In this document: positions 1-11,660 of the stretch, one piece after another
Numbering within the stretch: the stretch's first letter is position 1
Layout of the letters: each line of letters begins with the position of its first letter
Origin: Octopus sinensis
Taxonomy: Eukaryota
Direction: 5' to 3'
Length of the DNA stretch: 64,000 nucleotides
NCBI RefSeq assembly: GCF_006345805.1
Contig: NC_043001.1
Span: forward strand, 55,056,001-55,120,000
The notes under the pieces: model-generated
Databases searched by the model: none
What the model was told of the DNA's origin: nothing
The model's input: the letters and a program-made list of their open reading frames with translations, nothing else
Translations under genes and position numbers: made by a program

Positions 1-1429
1 GCATATGCATATGTATCTGCTATATGTGTGTACATATAAGCTGGCATGTGGGTGAGGGGTAATGGTGCATATGTACATTTGCAAGGGTGGATGTGCTTAT
101 GGGTGCATGTGTGCATCAGCTATGTGTGTGCACTTGTGTGCCAACCAAAGCCTTGTGAGTGGATTTGGTAAACGGAAACTGAAAAAAAGTCCATCGCACA
201 TAGATATCCATATCTATGTGCACTTGTCATTGTATCTGTGCTTGTTCCCCACCACCACTTGGCAACCAGTGCTATTTATATCCTCATAACTTAATGGTTC
301 AGCAAAAGAGACCAATAGAATAAGTACCAGGCTTAAGAAATAGGTACTGGCGTCAATTCATTTGTCTAAGAATTCTTCGAGGCAGTGCTCCCCTCCCCTC
401 CACATGGCCACAATCTAATGACTGAAAAAGATAAAAGATATAACTGTATTTGTAAAGCTGCTGTTTGCAACATAACAAAAATTTCTTAAAATTATGAAGG
501 AAAGTCTTAATTTGAGCACAGACTCTTCAAAGAGATTTGTGAAGATGTTTTTGAATCATAGGACTAGGTTTTTCCTGTTTATTATAGTTTTCTATATCAT
601 AGCAGCTGTCTATGAGAACATCTGTATAGTGCCAATGTAGTTCTCATAGCCAAATCAGTAAAAGAATTTGAGAAAAAGTTCCAAACATGGTAGAAGAAGA
701 GTTTTGGCTAGCAAGAAAGTATACAGAATGCTACTCCCATCTAAGAGATAGCCATGCTTGATATGCAAAGAAGTAGATTGTGTATGCTTAATGTAAATTA
801 TGAGTGCACTAAAGATTTAATGGGAGCACAGACAGGCTGGCAGAGAAGAAAAATTGCATATGTAGCAGATGCCCAGGTTTAGTGAGCAGTAAGAACTCCT
901 ATGAAATGAATACTTTCAAATGCTCAGATGGCTCCCTACAAGTAGACAGGTATTTTTATATATGTGACCAAATTATAAATGGAGGTGTATGTTATAAAAT
1001 TAAACTAACCAGAGTGAGAACAGTGTGTAAAAAGTTCAGAGAATTACTATCTTTGTAGATACAAAGGCTTTTTCTCTCTGAGCAGAGTGTATAGTAATTG
1101 TGTCTAATCCATGCCATAGTAAACATGAACAGTTAAACGCATAGATAACCATCATTCTTTCTAGATGAAGTTGACATGGTATCTAAATTGCAAATCAATC
1201 AAAGTCTCAACATAGTTACTTAAACTGCTGAAAGTAATAACCAAATCCTTAAAATTAGACCTTATTGTCTTCTCTCTTTTCTCTCATATTCTTGAGCACT
1301 CTCTCTAACTGGGGTAATCATGTATCTCCTCTAAAGCAAGACACCTGTTTCTATCCCTGTCACACTCTAACCTCTCATCACCTGGTACACAGCCACCTTT
1401 TCCAATACCACCAACCACCTCAAATAATC

Positions 1430-1760
1430 TTTGTCTAGCAAGTTTCTTGGAGACCTGACCAGTGCTGGTGCTATGTATAAAGCATCCAGTCCACACTGTA
1501 AAGTGATTGGCACTAGGAAAGGCATTCAGTTGTAAAAAGTATGCCAAAACGGACCTTGCCAGTGCTGGTGCTATGTAAAAAGCACCCAATCCACTCTATA
1601 AAGTGGTTGGCATTAAGAAGGGCATCCAGCCATAAAACCCATGTCAAAACAGACAGTGGATTTTGGTACAGTTTCTTGACTTTCCAGCTCTGTTCAAACC
1701 ATCCAACCCATGCCAGCATGCAAAATAGGCGTTAAATGATAATGATGATGGTGATGACCC
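1430..1760 (+). mobile_element. RTE-LINE 3'UTR / RTE-tail SINE with an internal ~100-bp tandem duplication
   Basis: Ends ...ccatccaacccatgccagcatg...gttaaatgataatgatgatg, the same tail as the RTE at 28650-29510. ccagtgctggtgctatgta occurs twice (about 1460 and 1559). Confidence 0.75.
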
Positions 1761-2479
1761 TATTGTCTTAAAAATAGAAGGAAACCCTAGATAATATGGA
1801 CCCAGATATATTGTTAGATCAGGTGGTCACATTTACAACATAAATTTCATTCCTGATAAAGTCATGAAAGTCACATCAGCTCAACCATGTCCTTGGGGAA
1901 TTTGAGATTTCATTCTCCAGAGACATGCTAGATGTCAAAAACAAAGAAAAAAAACATCTCTTACACCCGACCACCCACATAAACACACAAAGTGAAATGA
2001 AAAGTGGAATGGAAGTGAATGTGAATCAGAACTATTTTCATAAGCTTCAGAATATTTACTAAATTTCAAAGATTTGGTGAATTTCTTCACTTATTGATAT
2101 ATTTAACCAGTGTTTAAAGGTAAAGTTAACTTCTCAAATCATACCAACTCAGAAGGGCAGGTTTCCTGGTTTTGTGACATATATATTCCCCACTTGGATG
2201 GGACGCTGATCCAACATAGGATTACTCATTTTTATCAGCTGAGTGAACTGGAGCAACCTGAAATGAAGTGCTTTTCTCAAGAACACAATGCACTGACCAA
2301 TCATGAGTCCAACACCCTAACCCCTAAGTCACACACCTCCACTAACCAGTGTTTAGGAGGAATATAACTTAAACACTTTGAAGAATCTATGCTCAAATTA
2401 GAACTTTCCTTCATAATTTTAAGAACTTTTTGTTACATTGCAAACAGAAGCTTAGCAAATACATTTCATCCTCCTCATC

Positions 2480-3240
2480 ATCATCATTAAGCATCTGTTT
2501 TCCATGCTGGCATGTGTTAAACAGTTTGACTGGAGCTGTACCAGGCTCCAGTCTATTTTGGTTTGGTTTCTATGGCTGGATACCCTTCCTAACGCTAATC
2601 ACTCCACGATGTACTGGGTGCCTTTAACGTGTCACTTGCATGGGTGCCTTTCATATGTCACCAGCACTGGCCATGACCATGATTTCACCTAGCTTGATGT
2701 ATCTTCTGAAGCATAGCAAATCACCAAAAGTTTCGGTCAGTTGTCATTGCCTCCATGAGGCTCAACATTTGAAGATCATATTTCATCACCTCGTCCCATG
2801 TCTGAGTCTGCCTCTTCCACAGGTTCCCTCCACAGTCAGAGATTGGCACTTCTTTGTGCAGCTGTATTGGTCCACATGCCTTACATGATCATACCAGCAT
2901 AGTCTTCTCTCCAGCACACATCTGATGCCTCTTATACCCAGTTTTCCTCTTAAATCATTTACACTGTCATATGTGCACACTGACATTGCACATCCAGCAG
3001 AGCATACTAGCTTCATTTCTTTCAAAACTTTTTATGTCCTCTGCAGTCACAGCCCACGTTTCACTGCCATGTAGCATGGGTGCTTGCACACAGGGATTGT
3101 ACAATCTGCCTTTCACTGACGGAGAGGCTTTTTTTTTACCAACAAAGGTAGAATCTCTTTGAACTTTGCCCAGCCTATTCTTATTCTAGCACTACACTCT
3201 CAGAGCATCCTCTTCCAAGTTCTTTATAATACATTGTCTA
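2480..3240 (-). mobile_element. Degenerate RTE LINE 3' end (RT C-terminal region plus 3'UTR)
   Basis: ORF 2786-3025 (LRGKLGIRGIRCVLERRLCWYDHV...EGTCGRGRLRHG) is a typical RTE ORF C-terminus, followed by the (CAT)n tail on the plus strand. Confidence 0.85.
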
Positions 3241-3320
3241 CAAGTATGAGAGATGGAAAAGGAGATTATGCATATATGTGTGTGCACATGTAAGAAATAA
3301 ATAGACATTGGAAAACATAC

Positions 3321-3389
3321 ATTGTTCTGAGCACCTCTCCAAATTAATCTGTGAGTTGTTAACATCAAAGTTCCGCTTTCAAAGGGAGT
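3321..3389 (-). CDS. VPS36: VPS36 coding exon 2 (TPFESGTLMLTTHRLIWRGAQNN)
   Basis: 69 nt, phase 0/0, acceptor TTTTCTGTTTTATTTTAG and donor GTATGT. The peptide matches recalled human VPS36 [23 protein letters not shown] in sequence and length. Confidence 0.93.
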
Positions 3390-4741
3390 CTAAAATAAAA
3401 CAGAAAAGAATATTACAAACACTGTATTGTCATATACTCTGTGAAGGAGTTCTTTTGCCATGTTAACATATCAAAGAGTTTCTGTAACAGACAATAATAC
3501 TGTCATAAAGAAATGTAACTTCAACATGAAACTTAGTCATAAAGCACCCAATGAAGGATCCTCTATGACAGCACTCAACCTGCTAGAAAGAGCAGACAAA
3601 TCTCCCTTAAATCACAGCCTAGTCTTAAAAAAAAACACAACAATGCACAACATAGCTATACAAAAACAAAGGATTGTTATGATTATAGGTTTGTTCAACA
3701 GGAATGTCTTTGATCCTGATTTGCTCAATCAGGTTTGGTATTGGAGTAAATAACGATTATCATCTTAATAAGAGTCGTAATATTTTACTGGTATTAAAAA
3801 AAACACTCCGAAAAGAAGTAAATTCTATTACACATATTGAATTGTGTTAGACATGAATTCAGTTTCTCTCTTTCTCTCATATATACATACGTTTATGCAC
3901 ACATACATATGTTTTTGAATGTACAAGAAAACAGTATTCAATATATATATATATATATATATATTGAGCTAATGTTTTCTTTTCTTCGCTATATAAATAT
4001 TTCTAATGAAATATTTAATGCTCACTACATTAATTATACTAACACTAACTTTGTTTTTGTGAACAGCGTTTGAGTAAAAAAAACTTCAGCCCCCCCCCCC
4101 CCCCACACACACACCCCACCCGGAGACATGTCTCTAGGAGAACAATCCAATATATCCTTGGTTGTAGCTAAATCAAGCACGTTGTTATTATTCAGTTCGG
4201 CCTATCTCTGGTCAAGTTCTTCAGTCGCAACCTTCACGATATTCTTTTAGGGTTAACATTATTGAATTTCTCATCTTTTCTTAGAAAAGATAGTAAGATA
4301 TAATTTGACTAAAATTTTGACTGTTCTAACACGTCAAACGACCACATAAAAGCTCCCGTGAAAAGTTATTCATATCTAGCAAAAGTTACGTCGTTAGTAG
4401 ACGTACAATTAAAGCCTTAACACAATAATTGTCTAAATAGTCTCTACCAGACGACCCCAGCTGGCGTAAAGTGCATAACAGTATAAGCCGTATATAATTA
4501 TCAGACAACGCTATCAAACGGTTATTGTTGCCAAGACTAGTGGGTGGGAAACACGCTCAGGATATTGATAAAGTTATCAGTCAATTATTACTACCTAAAA
4601 TGTTCTCCCAAAAATGACCACAGTAAGAGGCTTCCATTTGAGTCTGAGGAATCGCCTATACAGCTAAGCGCTTTATAGGTACGAAAGCAATGGTCAGTCT
4701 GACCGGCCATAACTATCAACCTTCTAAATGTGCGTACGCAT

Positions 4742-4779
<38 letters not shown>

Positions 4780-5354
4780 GAAATTTACAGGAAAACAAAA
4801 GCCAGGTGTATGAACAATAAGCAGGTGTATTAGTTTGGCGCTCGAGAAAGTCTTATATATAGGCAATTCTTCCGCATCATTCACCCACACAACCTCCCTC
4901 ATGACATATGACAGATACAAAGAGTAATTGATGGCTGAAGCTCCATAACTCTAGTCTGGTGTAGTGGTTTTGTGGGTATCAGGAAGTGGATGAAGAAGTA
5001 TGCAGCGATATATGTCAACAGAATCTTAACATCTTGTAACATCCATACTGTCTGGCACAGCTGAAGGAAACGAAACGGTTAATGTTTACATCTTGAAATT
5101 ATCGGAAGGTGACGAATTTTTAATGATCTGTAGTTGAAAATCAACAAAGGAAATATCTGCAGTGAAAGCTGTACGTAATATATGTTTATTTGTGGTACAA
5201 AAACATAAAAGAGCTCAGCCTAATCTTTTGGCTGACATGTACAGTATCTAAAAGTGAGTTTGTTTCTGCGGAAGACGTATTATAGAAACAAGAAAGGCGG
5301 AGGAAAAAGCGATTACATAGGCATAAATATTGAATAAAAATAGAAATGACGTGC
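3390..5354 (-). other. VPS36: VPS36 intron 1, GC-AG type (1965 bp)
   Basis: Exon 1 ends GAG AAG followed by GCACGT. The nearby GT dinucleotides (5365 and 5350) would shift the frame relative to exon 2. Confidence 0.85.
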
Positions 5355-5450
5355 CTTCTCTTGACCATCATATAATGCTACTCCACTTCTTTGGAAGACG
5401 AACACTTCATCTTCAGCCAGCTGGCCGTCGCTCCACTCGAAACGATCCAT
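5355..5450 (-). CDS. VPS36: VPS36 coding exon 1 (MDRFEWSDGQLAEDEVFVFQRSGVALYDGQEK), ESCRT-II GLUE-domain N-terminus
   Basis: 96 nt from ATG at 5450. Matches the recalled human VPS36 N-terminus [32 protein letters not shown] (same 32 aa). Confidence 0.95.
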
Positions 5451-6907
5451 GTAAACAACAAAACACTTCTCTAAAGTTTCTCTCTTCAAGAAGTTGAACT
5501 GGATCGTTTAGTCACCACTGGATAGAAGGGAAGTAACTCTAAACTCTAGCAGGCGAAACTAATGCTAATTAATATCCATGAGAAAAATCATGAGTGGGGT
5601 TGCTCAAACCTGGTCAGCTTTCACCGAGCTGAAAAACCTTCTAGTCATGGCCATGACATCTTTTTGTATTTCTAGGATGATGATATCCAATATCCTCTTC
5701 CATTTCAAAAACTACGGTGTGAATTCAAAGAAATTTAGCTGTTATTTCTAGCAGATTAAGCGACCACTAGACATTTCTCAGTTTAAGTGCTGCGGCGAGA
5801 GATAAGTGCTGAGATTTAGGGTGACAAGAACATTTTCCCCGTTTAGGAACTTCTAAAAAGATCTGTTAAAGCAAAATTAGAACTTAAAGCATGTAATTTT
5901 TGCATTGTATATATTCTAATTAAATCTTAATTAATTAAGAAATTATATATATTGGCAATGTAATAAATCACTTTTATAAACTACTTTTCTTTTAAATTTA
6001 TAGCTTAAACATAAATACATGTATTATTGAAAATATTGAAAATATTCGCAATAATAGAGATGTTTTGTAAATGACATAACGAGTAAATATCTATTTTAAA
6101 GAGTCGTCTCCCTTGGTATGTTCATTCAGCTGAACGAAGAAATACATAAATAAATCATTGTACAGAGACATTCCGATCGTTTCCATTGCTTTCACCAACG
6201 TTCTTAAAGCCAGGAAAATTAGATTACAGTGACAGTTGATGCTAATGGGTCATTGTCTCTTATATAATTGCACCAAAACAGCGGCAGCTTCTAAAGTTGT
6301 GTTCAATTCACGGTGCTTTTTGGTGATCTCACCCCCATTAAAAAATTGTCTATGTCCCCACTAAAAAATCGGGTTAATGTGGCGTCAAGATATTGGATTA
6401 AAAGAGTTAGATCCTTTCGATTCAATACTTCAACACATTGTTGACGTTTGACCTCTTCAATAGGCATGGTATGATTTGTTATAAAAATATTATCAGATTC
6501 AAAACGATGTTTCATCTTTTCACTTTTTATGTTTATTAATTTTTTTCATTTTTGTGTTTTGTTTTATTGAGGGTTAAATAATTTTTTTAGTTGGGGATAA
6601 CCAAAAGTACCGATATTTCTCGTAAAACGGGGTGGGGAGAGAGATAACACAATTCCTTAATGGGGGTGGGATAACCAAAAAGTACCCATTTTTTATATAA
6701 TTTAGAGCCATTTTAATTCAAATACAACGATGATATCCCCTGAGATTTTTCTTTGTTTTTTTTTTCTTTTTAAATGTCAGTCTTAGGTTTGGATCCCAGA
6801 TATTAAGGTTTAAACATATATTAATGTGATATTTTCAATAAGCCCTAGGTTGTATGAAAGTGTCTTTGGAAAGGACATCGTTTTTAAGCACTAGACATTA
6901 GTAAAAA

Positions 6908-7647
6908 GTGGGGATGTATTCTTTCCAAGTGCACATTACCAGGATGGCGACAAAGTGCAGACGATTGGCTGGATGGATCCTAAGAACATTCAGAACCAGA
7001 GATAAGGAAACCATGAGGGTCCTCTGGCGGACATTCGTCCTCAGCCGCCTGGATTACTGCTCACAGCTATGGTCACCCACCAGTGTGTAATTAGTAGCAG
7101 ACATTGAGGCAATCCAGAGAAGATTCACAAAGAAGATCGTCTCTTTGCAACAGCTCAGCTACTGGGAAAGGTTGAAACAGCTAAGACTCTACTCGCTGGA
7201 GAGAAGACGGGCGAGGTATGCAGTAATATATATCTAGAAGATCCTGGAAGGAATTGTGCCAAATTTTGGCATTGAAAGCTACACCAGTGCCAGAACGGGA
7301 CGACACTGCATAGTGCCAAAGATCCCAGCAATGCCATCACGCTTCAGGACCAGTTACTGCAACAGCCTGGGTTTCAAGGGCCCACAGCTTTTTAATATTC
7401 TCCCAAAGAGTCTGAGGAACTTGCACAAAGTAGATGCAGGTTTTTTTAAATCAAAGCTGGACCTCTTCCTGTCGAGAGTCCCAGATGAGCCTACCTCACG
7501 GCAAGGGGTGCAAACGAGGGTAGCTATATCAAACTCCATTCTTCATCAAGTGCCACATATTAGAGGAGGCTCCTAGTAATAACAGTGTAGCGCAAAACGG
7601 CGGTGCAGCAGAATGACCACAGCCCTGAGCTGAAACTAGAAAAAAAA
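6908..7647 (+). mobile_element. 5'-truncated CR1/L2-clade LINE
   Basis: Continuous frame with two stops: LSRLDYCSQLWSP*...IEAIQRRFTKKI...SYWERLKQLRLYSLERRR...GPQLFNILPKSLR, then a 3'UTR and A-tail. Confidence 0.92.
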
Positions 7648-8214
7648 TACATACGTATACACATAGATATGAACGTGTAACATAGACCTTACCATTAAAC
7701 ATAACATTCTTTTTCTTCTGAATTCCACATTGTACCAAAAAAGAACAAAATGTCTTTTTTGATGTGTCTTTCTATGTGCGCAAGGCGACAGTCCATGCGA
7801 TTTCTCCTGTTACCCTTAGAGAGTTTCGTAAAATATAACACCAGTGCTAAATTTTATTATCAGAGAACTCTTCGATTTGACTATGAGTATCTAATTCAAC
7901 TGATAGAAACGATAAGCCTCATTCTCGAGGAAGACAACTTCTGATGCGGCCAACCGTCGATCTAGCAGCATCCTTCCAACATCTCAATGAAAACTTAATT
8001 TATTTGCTTGTGTTCCTTCGATCAAAGGATCTTTTCAATTGAAAATATTCTACCTGACCATTCTATCACAATGTGCTTTGAAAGCATTCACTATTTCAAT
8101 TCTGGTTTGCTACACTTCTTGTTATATCTTTGACGCTCATCCTTCTGTATATTATTGACAATTTAGCTGTTACTTCTAACCACGCAAACGCACGCACGCA
8201 CGCGCGCGCACACA

Positions 8215-8254
<40 letters not shown>

Positions 8255-8399
8255 ACACACACACACACACACATTGATATCAGCCTTCACGTCTTCCTGA
8301 CCGTTCTTAAACCTCACGTTTCTTTGAAAAGATTGTAGCAGGACCGTTTATCACATTCATTTTATTATAATATTAGACAGCTTGTCAATTTGGCTGTTT

Positions 8400-9500
8400 T
8401 AACCTTAAACACTAGAATATCGGTTCACCGGGGCTTTTCTCAGTATCAAGTCATATGGCCCAGTTATTTGCCAAATTAGTTGCAGATAATGGTCGGTTTT
8501 AACTGTCCAATCGTGTGTTTGCAATAGAGTTTGTTTCCAACGCAAGAAAAACCATCTTGGCATGTGATCAGGTTCCCCACCTTGATCAGGCCGACCAAGG
8601 TGGGGAACTCCACTACATGCAGCGGTAGCATGTTGTCGACAAACAGGTCTACAATCCTTCTGTCCACCATAAACTGACGGACGCCAGAGCCAACCGTTTG
8701 GGCAAACGCCTGGCCAATGCTGGGCTGGAGTGCTTTCTTTGTACATGGCTGCGAGGAGTGGCTACTGGCACTGCTACCAGAAGACTGTGTTTCTCACGGG
8801 AAGAACCGGCCTTGATCTTCTCAAACTGGATAGTATGCGATGGGTGTTTCCTCTTGAGATGCGACTTCAAACTATTTAGGCTCGCCGCTTGTCCCTTGAT
8901 GGTGGTCTCCTTGGGCTGGTACATGACGCACTGGAAGTACAGGATTTAGGCGTTGCTCTTATCTCTTGACGTAAGGACAAAGTAGTCCTCCATGTGGAAC
9001 TATGGGTTTTGAGACTCCTGGATCTTAGCCTGAGCGACCTCTGCCTTACCCACAGCCATAGCAGATTCTTCAACAGGCCTTTCATCTTCAGGCCGAATAA
9101 AAATGTCTTCACTATCCATAACGATAAGCGATATCTTGATAAGCCGATAACGTACACTACTGTGTCTGACACTGTAAGACTGTCTGTAATGTGACAACAT
9201 CGTAAGTGAACACAACTCAAAACTGCAGAATTACACAACGCTGCTCAGCTAGCTGCTGCTGCATTGACCAATCACGTCTTGTCACGTGTACACATAGTCA
9301 GCCAATAGTGTTGCTGGCGAACTCTTTGAAACACGGCCACAACAGACATGAACAAACGTATAAATTTTGTTAGCGGGCTTAAAATCGACGGAGGCAAATT
9401 GGTCCACTAATGGATTCCAGAGTTAACGAAAATGCTAATCCGCTAAACGAATAAGTTTGCTTCGCTAACTAGCTGATTAGCGGAATCGTGCCCACCACTG
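8400..9500 (-). mobile_element. Decayed hAT DNA transposon (BED zinc finger plus start of transposase), one terminus preserved
   Basis: YFQCVMYQP...SLNSLKSHLKRKH (BED-like, second Cys lost) and DRRIVDLFVDNMLPLHVVE (hAT-like). Terminus CAGTGGTGGGCACG at 9500 on the minus strand. No matching second TIR seen. Confidence 0.8.
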
Positions 9501-9698
9501 TATATATACATACATATATATATAATGTATATGCTGGGCCGGCTCAAGGCACCGGCAACTCGGGCAGTCGCCTGGGGCGCTATGTGTTAGGGGGCGTCAA
9601 GGAGGGCGTGACAAAGTCGAGGAAATTTCCACGGCCTTGTGTACACACACACACACACACCACACACACACACACACACAACACACACACACACATAT

Positions 9699-10079
9699 AG
9701 GCGCAGGAGTGACTGTGTGGTAAGTAGCTTGGTTACCAACCACATGGTTCCGGGTTCAGTCCCACTGCGTGGCACCTTGGGCAAGTATCTTATATTATAG
9801 CCTCAGGCCGATCAAAGCCTTGTGAGTAGATTTGGTAGACGGAAACTGAAAGAAGCCCGTCATATATATATGTATATATAGTCTGTGTTTGTCTCCCCGC
9901 GGCAGAAAAGATCCCTCCCCGCCATTGCTTGACAACCGATGCTGGTGTGTTTACATTCCCGTAACCTAGCGGTTCGTCAAAATAGAGCGATAGAATAAGT
10001 ACTAGGCTTACAAAGAATAAGTCCTGGGGTCGATTTGTTCGACTAAAAGCAGTGCTCCAGCATGGCCGCAGTCAAATGA
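9699..10079 (+). mobile_element. tRNA-derived composite SINE (head, internal TA/CA microsatellite, tail module)
   Basis: Head ggcgcaggagtgactgtgtggtaag...ggttcagtccc...ccttgggcaag, tail ...ggtgctccagcatggccgcagtc. The same modules recur many times in the window. Confidence 0.85.
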
Positions 10080-10140
10080 ATATATAGATAGCAATATTAA
10101 ATCTCTGAGCGAAAAGTAAACAGTAGCAGCACGGAATCGT

Positions 10141-10249
10141 GAAGTATGTTTGGCAACTAAATGTGGCAGTTCCATAAGGACGATGAAGGTTGATGCTACT
10201 GTAGCATCGTCTGTATGGGACCGCCACATTTAGTTGGCAAATATACTTC
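10141..10249. repeat. ~109-bp imperfect hairpin (MITE-like)
   Basis: gaagtatgtttggcaactaaatgtggc ... gccacatttagttggcaaatatacttc. Confidence 0.75.
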
Positions 10250-10484
10250 ATAATATATATATATATTTATATAAATGAGGATAAGATCGTTAATTTAAAA
10301 AATAACATAACTATCTTATCAAGTGGCCAGCATGGAAATAATAACCTTCGAAGGTAATAATTATTTAAATTTATAACTTTGGGTATCTATAACTTAGAGT
10401 TTTGGAGTCAGATCATGGCTGCTATTTTCAGCATAGCGGTATCTCGTAGATACCCTAAGTTTAAATTTATATATATATATATTA

Positions 10485-11138
10485 ACTAGCAGCTAAGCCC
10501 GGTTTCATCCAGTAGGCTTGGATGATGTGGCTGCAAAACGTGCTCTGTGTAAGCATTCAACTTGTTTGGACATGCTTACGTTAAAAATAATTTCTATTGC
10601 GTGTGCACACGCACACACATACACATTCACATACCCCACTTTTACATACAAACATATATTAACACAGAGTTGAAATGCTGTTTATTTTTTTCAGCGTACA
10701 CAACCAATTATGACATCACCCCTTCCTTCTTTATTCATCTATCGCCCCTTACTTTCTCATTCATAAACACAAGAGTATTATTATAGTAGATTATCTTGGT
10801 AACCATGGGAGCTATGGAAAAATATGACATCACCCCTTCCTTTCTCATTGATAAACACAAGTGTATTATTATAGTAGATAATCTCGGTAACCATGGGAGC
10901 TATGAACAAATATGACATCATCCCTTCCTTCCTTATTCATCTATCACTCCTTCCTTTCTCATTCATAAACACAAGAGTATTATTATAGCAGATTATCTTG
11001 GTACCCATGGAAGCTATGAAAAAATACAAAGCCCAGCATCATCATTGAATCATTCTAAATATCTGTGTAATTTTTCGCGTTTGACCGTGAATACCGAGAC
11101 AAGAAAGAATCACCCATGTCAAATTTATATGTATAGAT
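10485..11138 (+). mobile_element. Helentron-associated (HINE/Lep1-like) non-autonomous element
   Basis: Starts ACTAGcagctaagCCCGG, ends tttatatgTATAGAT, and has an internal tandem array. This architecture matches recalled Lep1/DINE-1-type elements. Confidence 0.6.
10709..11024 (+). repeat. Minisatellite, 3 units (114, 88, ~114 bp)
   Basis: Units start tatgacatca at 10709, 10823 and 10911; the middle unit has a 26-bp deletion. Confidence 0.9.
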
Positions 11139-11236
11139 AATAATATGACAATAAAAGAATGAATGAGATCTCGATATTATATAAAATAGAGGAATTTATC
11201 TATAAATATAATATATGACAATTAGTTGGTTGCCAT

Positions 11237-11297
11237 AATAAAACTCAGAGTTTCAGATACCGGAGATGAAGTCTGCTCCGGCATCTCATCAGTTATT
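11237..11297 (-). ncRNA. Candidate type I hammerhead ribozyme (Penelope-type) with one extra U before GAAA
   Basis: AATAA-CTGATGA-[GATGCCGGAG/CTCCGGTATC]-T-GAAAC-TCT-GAG-T-T-TTATT. Confidence 0.55.
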
Positions 11298-11469
11298 TAG
11301 ACAAAACTTGTTAAATAAAGGGAAATTACTCTAATAGGCACGGTGAAAGTAATACTTCATTCATAGAATCTGCATATGCATACATACACACACACACACA
11401 CATGTATGCATATATATCTATATACATACTCACACGTGTGTACATATACATACAAACACACACATATAT

Positions 11470-11624
11470 GCCTGATACCTTGGGAAAGTGTTTTCTACCA
11501 TAGCCTCGGGCCGACCAAAGCCTTGTTAGTGGATTTGGCAGACGGAAACTGAAAGAAGCCCCTCGTATATATGTATGTATGTGTGTGTGTGTGTGTGTAT
11601 GTGTGTATGTGTGTGTGTGTGTGT

Positions 11625-11660
<36 letters not shown>

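Noticed and set aside
1-3320. Search for VPS36 exon 3 and later exons
   Set aside because: No segment matching the expected next peptide was found. Everything here is repeat-derived, so the gene continues left of the window.
4636-4700. CTGAGGA...CGAAA hammerhead-like motif
   Set aside because: Stems I and III do not pair, and the sequence is one arm of the foldback MITE seen intact at 14669-14814.
9699-9780. tRNA-like sequences here and at 12078, 37083 and 60900
   Set aside because: They have A/B-box-like motifs but no complete cloverleaf, and continue into repeated SINE bodies. They are SINE heads, not tRNA genes.
10709-11024. CRISPR-like regular repeats (also 29027-29340)
   Set aside because: Whole units are repeated with no unique spacers, there are no cas genes, and the context is eukaryotic. 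These are minisatellites inside TEs.
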